Source of the DNA: Enoplolaimus lenunculus | Lineage: Eukaryota | DNA length: 61,167 bases | Assembly: GCA_030248215.1 (NCBI GenBank) | Contig: JASANG010001204.1 | Coordinates: 372,001 to 433,167, forward strand | Reading direction: 5' to 3' | Part shown: positions 12,301-23,420 of the stretch, one piece after another | Layout: the number at the start of each line of letters is the position of its first letter | Position numbering within the stretch: position 1 is the stretch's first letter | The notes under the pieces: model-generated | Told to the model about the DNA's origin: nothing | The model's database searches: none | What the model saw: the letters and a program-made list of their open reading frames with translations, nothing else | Translations under genes and position numbers: made by a program

Positions 12301-15300
12301 TAACCATAAATCAGCATTCTTAATAGATATCGTTGCTTACGCATATGTACCTGCTGAAAAAATTTTTCGTGCCTCCACGCAACAATGAGGAAAACGTATA
12401 TCCGACGTCTCTTTGGTTACCAAACTGGTTTTGATGAGGAAGAGCTTTGCACACAGCAACAAAACGCGATTTCACAGCACCGACTTCACCGATCTGTAAG
12501 TCGCCAAGTGAATCCACAAATATTATCCAATCGCCGTCGGTGAGCGTTTCTTTTTAGACCAATTCCACTTCTTTGATTCCACGCAGAATATCTGCGAAGG
12601 CAAACGTTGAGCTAGGTGACCCTGCTGCAGAAAGTGCCGATTCTGCAGAATTGCGGCGCGCAGCGCAAGACGGCAGTAAAGGAGCACCTGGCGTAGCTCT
12701 AGGCGATCGTCGCATTCTTTTGGCGACAGGTACACTAGAAGTAGAACGCATGCCATGTAATGTTTCTTGCACCGATTGACTGATGAATTCCGGTAGAATG
12801 TCAACGGACAACTGGTCCGGTTGCCGTTTAAGTAATTTTTCGCGAGTTACAGGATATACGCCGCAGGATCGAAATCCGGATACGATATTTGTCGCAATTT
12901 TGGCGCCGAAACCGATTTCAAGTTCATGACCTGCGACACCGTTGCCTTCTGCAGCTAATTTCAATACCCGTTGAACCTGCGAATTGTGAAGCTGTGAAGC
13001 GTGGGTGTTGATTTCACTACAGACTCGTCTGGAAGGCGCTTGACTGATTTGATAGCAAGACGAAAGTAGGGTTTAATGAACAGAAACACTGTGACGTCTA
13101 ATGGTTGAGTTAGGTGTGTCGAATTAGGCGGAAGGAACAAAAATTGAATGTCCATTTCCACGCACGTATTGAAAATTTTGTCATTGTAATGACAACCGAG
13201 GTTGTCACCTAGCAACGCTTTTTTCCTTTCAGTCCACTAGCATGCGGCACGAAGCAATTGTAAAACCAATACTCAAAAGATTCGGAATCGAACCAACCAC
13301 GTACAGTTGTTACTCCTCGCATACCGTGTATGCATCCATCGCATTCGCAAAATGGATCTCCTCGCGGCCTTCTGTCGTCACACCAGCTGGGTTCGACGTC
13401 CGAATCATTCCTATTTTTGCCAACTCGTTTGAAAACCACACACGGGGGCAGAATTAAAACGATTACCGCATCCAAAAATTTTGTATTCGAAACCAGGTCC
13501 GTCGACAAGACCAGTTTCGTCGTAATTAAAAATATGGCTCAGCGGTATCCCGTCCAGCGATTACTAAAGAACTTAAAATACCAACTACTAAGCTAAAACT
13601 ACTCATATTAAAACCAGCAAAACACATGTCGCATCTGACAAATGGCATGTTTCAATAACTATTTCAATTCAATACACTTCGTTTTGCTCGTAAATAAAGA
13701 TGTTACATCATATGAAACCATGTATTTTTGTTTGAGGTTCATTTTTGAAACCTCTTTTGCAAAATAAAACGATGATTCTACTGTGTATTTGCCGGATCCT
13801 AGAGGTTTAATTAATTTGTCAATGTACTGTGCCAATGGATGGCATGCTGACGAAACTGCAGACATGATTGGTCTTACGGGAGTGTCTTTTTTGTGTATTT
13901 TTGGAAGACCATAAAGTATGGGCAACCTGGATCCTGATGGGTTCAGGTTCCTTGCTGTCTCAGTTGAGATAGCTTTACGTTTAACGCAGTCGCCAGTGAA
14001 AGCACGAATCAGGTCTTCGAAATTTGCTGTGATCTTGTACAGATTTTTCAGATCACTGTGCACTTCTTTAAAAACGTCGGGGTTGTTGAGTAAATTTTCC
14101 ATTTTTGTTATGTAGTCATTGCGGTTCATGACTACCATGCCATTACCCTTATCGGGTTTGGCTACAACGATTGATTTGTTTTTTGACAAATCTTTGAGTG
14201 CATTTCTGTACTCAGCTGGGCAATTCGGTGGGCTAGGAAACCTCTGGAGATTGCTAATGGCCGTTTCTATTCCTCTACGGAATTGCGAACTAAATTCGTA
14301 CGATAAAGCCGTTAGATTCAAAGATTTAGCCAGATTGTTAGCAAACAGCTCACATTCCACCACGAGTCTATCAACGTCTACTTTACTATATGAAGGTACA
14401 AAATTTGGTCCAAGGCACAACGCTTCATATTCACATTTAGTTAACACATGATTTGATATATTATGAACAACATTATTTAAACTCAACTTGCCATACCTTT
14501 TATTTGATCTGTAGGCTACATTTTCAATTTTCTTTTCGTGCGTGGCTTTGATTTTGGTCCGTTTGAATTCCACAATCCACTTAATGTATGCACTTAGCGT
14601 AAACTTGTGTAAGTATGGTAATTTGCCCTGTAAGTATGTGGTGATGTTAGAGGTTTTGTGTGATAGATTAGAAACTTTCCGCTTTTTTGTTGTGATTTCA
14701 TTTCGGAGGATTTGAAATTGGAAATTTTTACGGTTGGCTATGTTTCTGTTGATTACCGGGTTCCTTAGTTTAAGGAACGTTGGGACCCGTGATAGATCAA
14801 TACATTTTTGTAGGAAGGCATTGTCTTCGATTGCCTTCATGATTTTAATCGAGTTATTCAGCCAAAGTCTGAATAGGCTTAAAATCTCAGTTCCATGTTT
14901 TAGTCTAATGCCTTTGAAAAGGCATGGTCCGAAGATTACACAGATTAGTTTCTCAACTGTGTTGAGAGCATTTTTAGCTGTGTTTCCAAGTGAACCTTCC
15001 GGTATTTCATCGTTAGCTTCACGTTCAATCCGACTAGGATTGCCTCCTAAGTCTGTTTTTGGAAAAACAGTCAAATTTCTATCACAATTCGGAAACGCCA
15101 TGGTTATGTTCATATAGCATACAAAATACACGGTACAATATAAATTCAAACAGATTGTAGTTGAGACAATGTAAGTGATCATGTATAAATCACAAAAGGC
15201 ACGTAGATATTAACCACAGAGCGTGATTATATTGCAAATACACCGTGCTAGGCTTTGAATTTAAGGCGAACGAAGCCTAGAAACTATATAGCTAGGTTAT

Positions 15301-18300
15301 TGTGAAATATAAAATAGAATTTCCGAGCAATTTCGGTTTGATTTGCTCCAAAGTTGTCCGTTTCTGTGTTTTTAGATGATATTTGTTAGGTTGTCAGTTA
15401 CCTGCGCTTATATCAGTTTGAATTAGTTGTGCAAGCTATACCACACGTATAAACGTCAATACAGTCAGAAAAAACAGATGAGGACTAACAAAATTGCACA
15501 TAAAATGACACCAACGTTAAGATTGGCACAAATAGAGCACTAACGATTGAGATTATATGGCTACTAAAGCGATATTGATAAAGCAACGAAAATAAACTGG
15601 TAAAAATTAACCGAGATGCGTGTTACAAGATGTTTCCGTGTTAATCGATGTGTCCACTGCTGTTTACTCTCTAATTTCGGGTAACGGTGCTGAGTCCGAC
15701 CTTGCCAAACTAGAATTAGAGCTGCGATTTCTAGTGTTCTGCTGATTCTGACCGCGGTTGTTGTTGTTTCTGTTGTTCCGTCGGCTTCCCTGGCTAGGAA
15801 ACGAGAAGCTGTCCCAAAATTGTTGAAACGGGGTTGACTGACGCGGGTACCTGCTAGGAGCTTGGTATGGCGTGCTGTGTAGGATCCGCCTATTGTTACC
15901 TCTTTGTTGTTGAGGACCTAGTAACGGTACTGCCGGGCTGTATGGACTCGGCAAGACCGGGCTGACGAAGCGAACCTGATGTGCAAGCAGGTTCCTGTAA
16001 CAGCTCCCGTAATCTGGCTGATTTACGTCCAGTGGAGTTATGGTGTCAACTCGCGCAAACTTTGTTTGTGTTGACGCGTTTTTGGTTTCCTTCGCTGGTG
16101 TTTGGGTTGATTGTGAGAAACCCCACAAAATTACCGAGTTAGAGCTATCGCCTGATATTCCCGTTGTTTTTGATGCTTCCGTATTGTTGTTACCGTTACC
16201 TGTATCAGAGGCGTCAGTATCCTCTGCGCTGAGAGCTTCGCTCGAGTCAGCGTCACTGCTTATAACCAAGGGAACCGTGTTGTCACTGCTATCCTGTGAG
16301 TCTATCACTGGTGAGCACGAAATCTCCGTTGAGACTTCTTCCGTAGATGCGGGAGTGTTCTGCAGTTTGGAAAACTCCTGAGATCCGACACTAACCGTGA
16401 AATCACTAGAAATATCCGCAGTGTATCCTTCTGCGTTTCCCTTATTGCCAGTGGAATTGGAGGATTCGCTGCTAGACAAAGTGATCGTTCCTTCACCTGA
16501 GCTACCAGTAGTGTCTAAATAAAAATAGACGTTTGTACCTGCAGCCCGATGAATGCGATTTTTGCCACCAGTTTGTTTTTCCCCGTCTTCAGTTTCAGCG
16601 ATTTGACTATTACCGTTGTTGCTAATGTTGTTGGAATTGTCAATAATGTCCTTATCTATCGTATTTAATTCGTTGTTGGTTATATTGTTGTTTGCATGTG
16701 GAAAAAGTCTATTATTAATTGATAACAGTACACGTATCCAAGACATTCAAATCTTTTATTAATTTGAAAACTAAAACAAACCTCCAAGTTGTCCATGTAA
16801 CTGTTTATAACATCGGCATTTATCAAGCTCCTTGAAAGCGATAAATTGTTTGCTAATTTCACGCTGAGTTGCGGATTACGATTTAAAAACGCAGAAATCC
16901 AGTCCGCCTGGTTTATTGTTTAAAAACGTTGAAACGGTGACGTCCGCATTGTCCAGTGACTTTTTAACTGCCTCTGCTAAATCGTGTTTTGAAAATGGGA
17001 GCTCCCAATTTGCACATACTAGCAAATTTGCTGCTATTCGAGACTGTTTCAGGGGTTCGTGCAGTGGGATGTCCCGGAGATGTATCCAACTACATTTTCG
17101 CCTACAGGAACTCCACGATCCAGATTTTCACGATAATATTGAAGCCACTTGCTAATTGTTCGTGCGGGAATACCCGAGCTATCATCCGCTTTCCGTTCAC
17201 TGGTATAACCATGGTCCTTATTATACAACTTTTTAACTGTCTCTAGTAATTGTTGTTTGCTGTAGTTACGATAATGCCGGGATCCCGGCTCTTTTTTATA
17301 ATTACGAACCATTCTATTTTCTCTAAAACGAAAATTACTTTAATTTTATTCAGCAGGGGCTAATTTACGCATGTGCGTAAAGTATACCCAAATAGATAAA
17401 AACGGGGGCTAAATTGCGAAATAGAAATATAATAGGCAGTCTCCACAGGTTCCTTTTGTTAACATTAGGAATTAGTAGCACTACCCATTTTGACTTCGTA
17501 CACACAAAAAACTTGTAAAAATGAATTCGAATACGTTTTATAACACTTACTAACGCCTACGCATTTTGTTGTCAAAACTATGATGCAGAAATAAAACAGA
17601 TTTTATCAATGAAACCGGCACCTAATACGCTCAAACCTGCTCATTTATTAAAAAATACGACTTTTAAAATACTATTACGTATCTTGCTTAAACTTTACTG
17701 TCAATTTTCTATAGTTGTGTTGAACGCAAAATAGCCCCTCATGCTATACTGAAATAATACAAAAAAGCGCGTAACTCTCGCTCGCTTAAGTTAAAAATAG
17801 CTAAAACGTATCGAAACTTTAACTTCTTGACTTGCCCAGAAATGTAATCGCAGCTAGATATGAAAGGCGCTTGCTTGAAAAAAGCAATTTTATGATGTTC
17901 GGCACCACAACCGTAAATATCCGGTATCCGGTAGGTTTATACCGGATACCGGAACCGAATACGGATATCAGTTTTTGCCGGATAATAAACCGGAACCGGA
18001 TATCCGGTCGCACCTGAATATAAATTTCTTTCTTGATGTCGATATCCATGCTTATTAATTAGCTTGAGTGTTGATGCCGAATATATTATATAAAATACCC
18101 GCATCAGGATTTTTCTAAAAGAAAACTAGGGATGTGCCGATTAATCGGCATCGGTTATATCGACACTTTTCGTGAGTATCGGCATCGGCAATGCAAAAAT
18201 TGTCGATTTTTTGCCGATACTTTTTGCACATATAACAGTCAGTTGTAATGCTAAAACCGGACTCGGAATGTTTATTACGTAATTAAAAACTGAACATGAT

Positions 18301-18824
18301 CCTATTTTTTAAAAATAGGAAAGAATTTCTGTCTCCATCTATTGCTCAGTGTGTGAAATATTAAACGGCAATGCAATGCGAAGCGACTAATGTCGTTCAC
18401 AAAAGTTTATTTCACGTAAATCATAAAACAACGTACTATCCTTGCTTGAGATGTGTTGATACCAGAATTTTTTCCCGATGACGATACAGATTATTTTGAA
18501 GATATACCGATGTAGATCCATATTCCATGGTTAATACACAATGTTTAAAGAACAGATAGGATACATTACAACTGCAAAGATTCAAATCCTAACAACTATT
18601 AAAGATTATAATTTTTGAGAACGGTGCTTTCAATTAATTTTTTCAAGGACAAACGCATGAGAACTATAGTTTCCCTGATTATATATACGAATATATACGC
18701 ATTAACTATACACTAGTGATATGCAAATATGCAACTTACCGTCTTGTCCATTCTTGAACCGATTGAATTTAAAACGTCCGCGTCCCTTCCACATCCCTCG
18801 ATGTCCTCCACGATTGTAGGCCAT
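328..18824 (-). CDS. nxf1: Nuclear RNA export factor 1 (NXF1/TAP/Mex67 family), 21 coding exons, 699 aa
   Basis: Phase-consistent GT-AG exon chain: 18740-18824, 10085-10157, 9816-9880, 9393-9523, 8972-9055, 8564-8671, 8168-8239, 6910-6979, 6612-6706, 5801-5908, 5041-5159, 4269-4305, 3885-3965, 3014-3130, 2669-2789, 2379-2497, 2044-2156, 1701-1758, 1116-1456, 750-810, 328-369 (2100 nt in total). Translation gives an RG-rich N-terminus (MAYNRGGHRG), an RRM-like region (KWYEVTVKKG...AIFYIDD), LRRs (LDLSNF, LDLSGNNI, LERNPLC, FPKVVELDGIELPPPIGFD), an NTF2-like domain (FLKQYYTIFDSDNRQPLLDAY...FDRVFLVVP...VINEQLFI) and a TAP-C/UBA domain (SGMKREWAEKCLAENEWNF...IPAEAF). Confidence 0.95.
3400..3829. 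mobile_element. hAT-type MITE in an NXF1 intron
   Basis: TIRs TAGGGATGTGCCGAT / ATCGGCACATCCCTG with a perfect 8-bp TSD CAATTAAC (3392-3399, 3830-3837). Partial relatives lie at about 4600-4850, 18127-18680 and 21539-21700. Confidence 0.85.
7128..8105. mobile_element. Non-autonomous repeat element (Helentron/HINE-like) with about 5 internal 160-210 bp tandem units
   Basis: The motif ATCGGTTTTGGAGGTTTGTA...GATTCCTCGCACCCAAAAAC recurs at about 7231, 7388, 7563, 7771 and 7945. A shorter inverted copy at about 19845-20146 shares the hairpin-bearing terminus. The family assignment is inference. Confidence 0.6.
11509..12075 (-). pseudogene. Probable C-terminal or accessory coding segment of the pogo-like transposon
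   Basis: 188-codon open frame inside the element on the transposase strand. The pattern GQYCAVYY...YYWGK...MTFL...FEFP...DIENV...GP resembles C-terminal tails seen on DNA-transposon proteins. Confidence 0.5.
13659..15182 (-). mobile_element. Penelope-like retroelement reverse transcriptase ORF, 3'-truncated
   Basis: PLE motifs FLQKC...VPTFL, VHNIS...LCLGPNFVP, KPDKGNGMVVMN, LYGLPKIHK..PVRPIMS and MVSYDVTSLFT. The ORF stops before the YxDD motif and before any GIY-YIG domain. Confidence 0.9.
15664..16746 (-). CDS. 360-aa S/T/N/D-rich low-complexity ORF upstream of the Penelope-like RT
   Basis: Uninterrupted ATG-to-stop ORF on the RT strand and inside the same insertion. It has an acidic Ser-rich core and an R/N/Q-rich C-terminus, with no recognisable domain. 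Confidence 0.5.
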   Translation of the reverse strand: MSWIRVLLSINNRLFPHANNNITNNELNTIDKDIIDNSNNISNNGNSQIAETEDGEKQTGGKNRIHRAAGTNVYFYLDTTGSSGEGTITLSSSESSNSTGNKGNAEGYTADISSDFTVSVGSQEFSKLQNTPASTEEVSTEISCSPVIDSQDSSDNTVPLVISSDADSSEALSAEDTDASDTGNGNNNTEASKTTGISGDSSNSVILWGFSQSTQTPAKETKNASTQTKFARVDTITPLDVNQPDYGSCYRNLLAHQVRFVSPVLPSPYSPAVPLLGPQQQRGNNRRILHSTPYQAPSRYPRQSTPFQQFWDSFSFPSQGSRRNNRNNNNRGQNQQNTRNRSSNSSLARSDSAPLPEIRE

Positions 18825-19270
18825 ATTATGGATACAAAGCGTATACAGCGCAATATTATATTTCGCTCGAATCAACGATACGTTACACGCATATACTTAG
18901 TGCAAAATATTACTTTAACTCGAAATAACAATAAGTATGCAATCTATCAAAGGATGATTACATTGTGTACCAATCAACATAAATTTTAAATAACATTACA
19001 ATTTTGAAGAAAATGTAGGATTATACGTAGTGGTACACATGGCCATTATTGTAAGGTTTCTATAACCTAATTAAACTTAAAACGCTGATTTAGTATCAGG
19101 GTTTAACCGGATTCCAAAAAATGCAAGAGCCCGATATTCAAGTACCTCTATAATTAAACCAAAAACTAAACTTAATACCGCTAGTTTAGTATTAGGGTTC
19201 AACCGGATACCAAAAAATGCAAAAACCGGTACGTATAGATGGTTTTATTTGATGTCATATATCCGGCAAG

Positions 19271-19570
19271 CAGGGTGCAAAGCGGAACTCGATTATGCCG
19301 GAATGAATCGGAATCGGAACAGCAATTTTATACTGAAATAGTAATTGGAATCGTAACAAGAAATTTTGTGACTGCACGGATAATTTGTATTGACAAATAT
19401 AATGTTGATTTAGGGTATCTGTTGCCTGGCAGCAATCTTCAAAAACGTCGCATGAACAAATTGGCAATAGTTTTTCGTTCTGTAAAGCTAAACTGGAATC
19501 AATTGTTTCGGAATCGGAACTCGTTTTGAATCGGAATTCTAATCGAAATCGGAATTCCGGTTGCACCCTG
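19271..19570. mobile_element. hAT-type MITE
   Basis: TIRs CAGGGTGCAA / TTGCACCCTG, GGAATC subterminal repeats, and an 8-bp TSD CCGGCAAG (19263-19270, 19571-19578). Confidence 0.85.
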
Positions 19571-19590
19571 CCGGCAAGTTACAACCCCGG

Positions 19591-20435
19591 TGTCATGGTA
19601 TAATTCTTCCTCCTTTAATTCTTCCCCCGGAAGAACTAAACTAGTTTAATTCTTCCTCACATTCCGGTTAAATTTCCCCCAATAAAGTCGCAGTTTAGTT
19701 CTTCCCCCGTAGAATTTTCTCCTGGTTGAATTATACCAGATTAATCCTTCCCCAACCTTTGGTTTAATTAACTCGTTTCAAGCCAGCACATTTGTGTGCA
19801 ACGTTGTTTGCAATTCCAATGCATAGCTAGGCGTACAAGCAAACTAATTTCAATTTTAAGGGGTTCATGAGTGCGAGGAACCTGGATAAATTCTTTACAA
19901 ACCTCGAATCCGGATAATTGAAAAGTTAGCTAATTGCTAATTTGCATATTTGCTTAACTGATAAACCAAAATTAAGACTTTTTAAATTATTTCACTAATT
20001 ATATATTAAGGAATCTAAATAAATTGTTTACATACCTCCAAAACCGATAAATCAATAGTTAGCCAATAACTATTTTGCATATTAGCTTAATTGCTTAAGT
20101 TTATTCGAGCTTCGCTCAATACATGTAGTCCCACTACGACTGGTTTGTTTTACAAGTCGAAAGCCAATACTCAAATTTTATTAAGTTGGGGTCATAGTGT
20201 AATTGTTCCCCCGGAACAAATTATACCGTGACATTGGTATTCAGAATAAGGGGGAAAGAATTATATCGTTAGCGGGGAAAATTTGAGCTAGTCTAATTTG
20301 ACCGGGGGAAGAACGAAACAGGGGAAGAATCAAACGGGGGAAAATTAAACTGGGGGAAGAATTATACCGTTAGCGAAAAAGAATTAAACTAGTTAAGGGT
20401 AACAATTAAACTGAGAGAAGAATTATCTCGTGGCA
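19591..20435. mobile_element. Foldback/MITE-like element with TTCTTCCCC / GGGGAAGAA arrays, interrupted by a HINE-like copy
   Basis: Inverted termini TGTCATGGTATAATTCTTC / GAAGAATTATCTCGTGGCA and mirrored internal repeats. Confidence 0.6.
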
Positions 20436-21259
20436 GCGGAGCCGGATGTCAATTTTTTGCCACTGCGTGCTATACGTCATAATTTTGTTTCCGCAAGTGT
20501 TATTACTGAGCTTCTTGAAGCACTTATTATGGTCATTTCGATTTGAACAAATTTCGCAGCAAAATATTGTTTCAAATTAAAAATATTAGTAAGTATACTG
20601 CTATGCAAGAGTTGAGCATATTTTGTTTTTCAGCAATAAATATTCGAAGCGAAAATAGCTAAACATGCTAGAGTCTTATATTATAATAGAACCTTCTCGG
20701 AATATTAAACGTGAAACGCAACAACATGTTACAATATTATTCGACAATATTAAGATCGCGTTAGAATGCTGTTTTAAATATGTTTGGCACGATTATAAAA
20801 TCTGCGATAGCTGAAAAGTATTCGACCAGATATTGGGGAAGTTTTTTGGAAGTCACCAACAACAATTATTATACGTATTTGCGAGTTAATCTGCGGTCTG
20901 AACTCAGTGGCCAGGCCAACAGCCAATAGAATGGTGTACAGACCACCCCGAAGCACCTTTTCTACACCGCTGTTGTACATACCTCGCTTACCCGCTTTCG
21001 ATGAGCGTTTTTTTTCCGATGAAAGTTTCCTAAAAGCAAACAGGGTTTTTCCGAATTGCGAATTAAATTACTAATTTGGTGGCGAAAAAGCAAACAGGGT
21101 TTTTCCGAATTGCGAATTAAATTACTAATTTGGTGGCGAAGTACCACAAGTTCAGAACGCCAAGCTGGACCTGATATATCTGAATCGGAATGGAAAAATG
21201 ATACAGGAATACTACATATTTTTTGTGATCGTATTAACAAATATATAATATTGATTTAG

Positions 21260-21408
21260 GGTGACTGTTGGCTGACAATTGTCAGTCTAGGTAGGAACCG
21301 GGACTTCAGACCTTTCTACAAAGCAGCTGGAAAAGCTGGCTGGAGCGGGGATCGAACTCTCAGCCTATGGATCCTTAAACGAACACTTTACCACTGCGTC
21401 ACGTAGCC
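21260..21408 (-). mobile_element. tRNA-derived SINE or tRNA-like pseudogene
   Basis: Minus strand reads GGCTACGTGACGCAGTGGTAAA...GAGTTCGATCCCCGCTCCAGCCA, with A and B boxes at tRNA spacing. Acceptor and anticodon stems are mispaired, and a non-tRNA body follows. Confidence 0.6.
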
Positions 21409-23420
21409 CGCCTCTCCAACTGCGTTCTTCGTCTACTATATGTGTCGACCGTACACCACAATGTGCATTGCATTTATTGCATATGCACAAGGACAAGCAT
21501 GTCTCACATGCTTAAAACAAAAATTTTCAAAACGTCACTAGGGATGCGCCGATACCAAAATTTCTGCCGAGTACACCATGCTTAATAAACAGATAGGGCA
21601 CTACATTAGATCATTATATTAAGACTTAAACCTTAACCGTCATAAACGATTTTATAAAATCGGTTCACTTCAATTAACTTTTTATCTCTAAACGTGACAT
21701 GAGCAAATTGGCGATGTCGGTTTCATTTTATCTCATCGAAATCAATATAGAAATGATACACGATTTTTATGCAAAATATCAAAAGCAGGAATAAAATTAA
21801 AATTTCAAAACGTCAATTCCGATTGATTATGCAGCCGGAATCGGAACTCGCTTTGAATTTGAATCCTAATGGGACGACAATACGAACTCCAATTGCATCA
21901 TGCATTAGTGATAACATGTAAAACGCCGTAAAAAGTCGATTCTGGTGTACAGGTGACACTGCTGAAAAATCACTGTCAACGCCATAAATAAACTAGCTAA
22001 GTAAGGAAATAAGACATTATAACAAAGCTCTTTAACACAGGTAAAAATGTAAAAATATGTCGTCCACGTAATACTGCGCGCACTACTGTAAATAAAGTGT
22101 CCAGCTCTGTGTAAGAACCAATGTCATTTTCAGTAAATCTGTTGAAAGGATGTTATATTTAGAACTACTCTCTTTGCAAAGTAAAAGGACAACGAACTTA
22201 ACGAAGACATCCTGCTTTACCTAATCTCCAATGCCGTCACGGCCATAGTATAGAGTTCATACTGACCTTACACTGTCACGAGACACTGTTCGGAGGGACT
22301 ATTGTTGTACGTTTGTTTTAAACAGAAGCTATGTACAAAAAATTAAAAATTATTTCCCAGAAACTATGCTGTAGCGAGAGTCTGCGTTCTGTCAGTAGCC
22401 CTACCGAGGGACTCTGTTTTGCCCCTACTCTCTTGGAACACTTTCAGAACAAATCCGGCTATCCAAACACAGGGTGGGGGTTGTTACAAGTCCCTGGTTA
22501 TAGTATATTTTTGACGCTGGTTCCAAAAAAGGGTAGGTGGACATTTTTCACAACTATGGGTGCATTTTTATACGCGTATGACATAAAAACGGCATCAGAA
22601 CCACAACCAGTTCAACAAGATGAAGGGCCTAAAACTATTCAATAGGAGATTTAAGCGTTTTACAATGCTGGCAAGTAAAGTGGCAACCTTTGTAGCGGGA
22701 ACAAAATCAATCATTTCCACAAGAGTTCAACCGATGTGAAAAATGCCGGAGCCGGAGCCAGAGGTCAACAAAATTTACCGGAGCCAGAGGTGAAATTTTC
22801 TGTTTCGGATATCAGAAACTTGATTTTGCGTATTTTGGGGGTTCGAAACCTTTAATTTTTGTTTCTGTAACACTTGTTTTAAGTTATTGATCTAAGGCAA
22901 GTACCCTGACCTACAAGTACAATGGCTGTTTTAAGTGTTCCGGTTGTGTCAAAAAAGAAATCAGCATCGTCCAGATTGCCATGAACGGGAATTAAGAAAA
23001 TGTTGCATGTGCTCGCAATGTTTACTTAATTCCACTGTTAGTTTATTTGTTAAATGCCACAATAGTTCGTTGAGTACTAGATGTGCTACTGTGAACTGCA
23101 GTTGCAGCGTTAGTTTTTAAATTTTGCTCAGGTTTTAGGGTTAGGGCTAGGCATATGCTTGGATTACGATTATGCTCCTGCTGGTGCACCTTGAACTATA
23201 AGCACAGGCAGTTCTGAGGAATGCAATCAGGCCTTTTGCCACAAACTATATTATAGTTAAAACTTTAACTCAGGATTTACTACTGAAACTGCTTTTGGCT
23301 TCTACCTCTCTTCGTGCGCGAGCTTCGTGAGGGTTGTATATGACACCAGGCTCCCAATCACTAGTAATGGATCCTCCTGTGGTCTGAGGTTGTGTTGATT
23401 GAAATCTTCCGCTAAGCGTA

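Larger units (their letters stand above)
10571..17744 (-). mobile_element. Degenerate pogo/Tigger-like (HTH-psq, CENP-B HTH, DDE_1) DNA transposon
   Basis: N-terminal MVRNYKKEPGSRHYRNYSKQQLLETVK (starts at 17312), CENP-B HTH-like WISAFLNRNPQLS, and catalytic-region motifs NYDETG (about 13510-13527), GDNLGCH and PPNSTHLTQPLDV (about 13090-13210), all broken by frameshifts and stops. Imperfect TIR-like AGGGGCTAYTYTGCG ends sit next to TA dinucleotides. Confidence 0.8.
10390..18016. mobile_element. hAT-type MITE expanded by nested insertions (outer layer of the nest in NXF1 intron 1)
   Basis: TIRs CAGGGTGCGACCGGATA / TATCCGGTCGCACCTG, subterminal ACCGGAT repeats, and an 8-bp TSD AATATAAA (10382-10389, 18017-18024). 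Confidence 0.85.

Noticed and set aside
16570..16600. Hammerhead-like CTGAAGA...GAAA within the PLE-associated ORF
   Set aside because: No credible stems I, II or III, and no cleavage triplet in the right place.
21033..21140. Exact two-copy duplication of about 54 bp (similar small duplications at about 4950-5010 and 19090-19230)
   Set aside because: Ordinary local slippage duplications with no evident function.
21980..22020. U12 snRNA 5'-like TAAACT...AGTAAGGAAATAA
   Set aside because: Stem-loop I does not form properly and there is no downstream Sm site.
22140..22745. Telomerase, RNase P or RNase MRP identity for the structured segment
   Set aside because: No template of more than one telomere repeat was found. 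RNase P-like words occur in the wrong order and no P4 pseudoknot forms. The 11-bp helix 22542-22552/22735-22745 overlaps a MITE end and may be chance.
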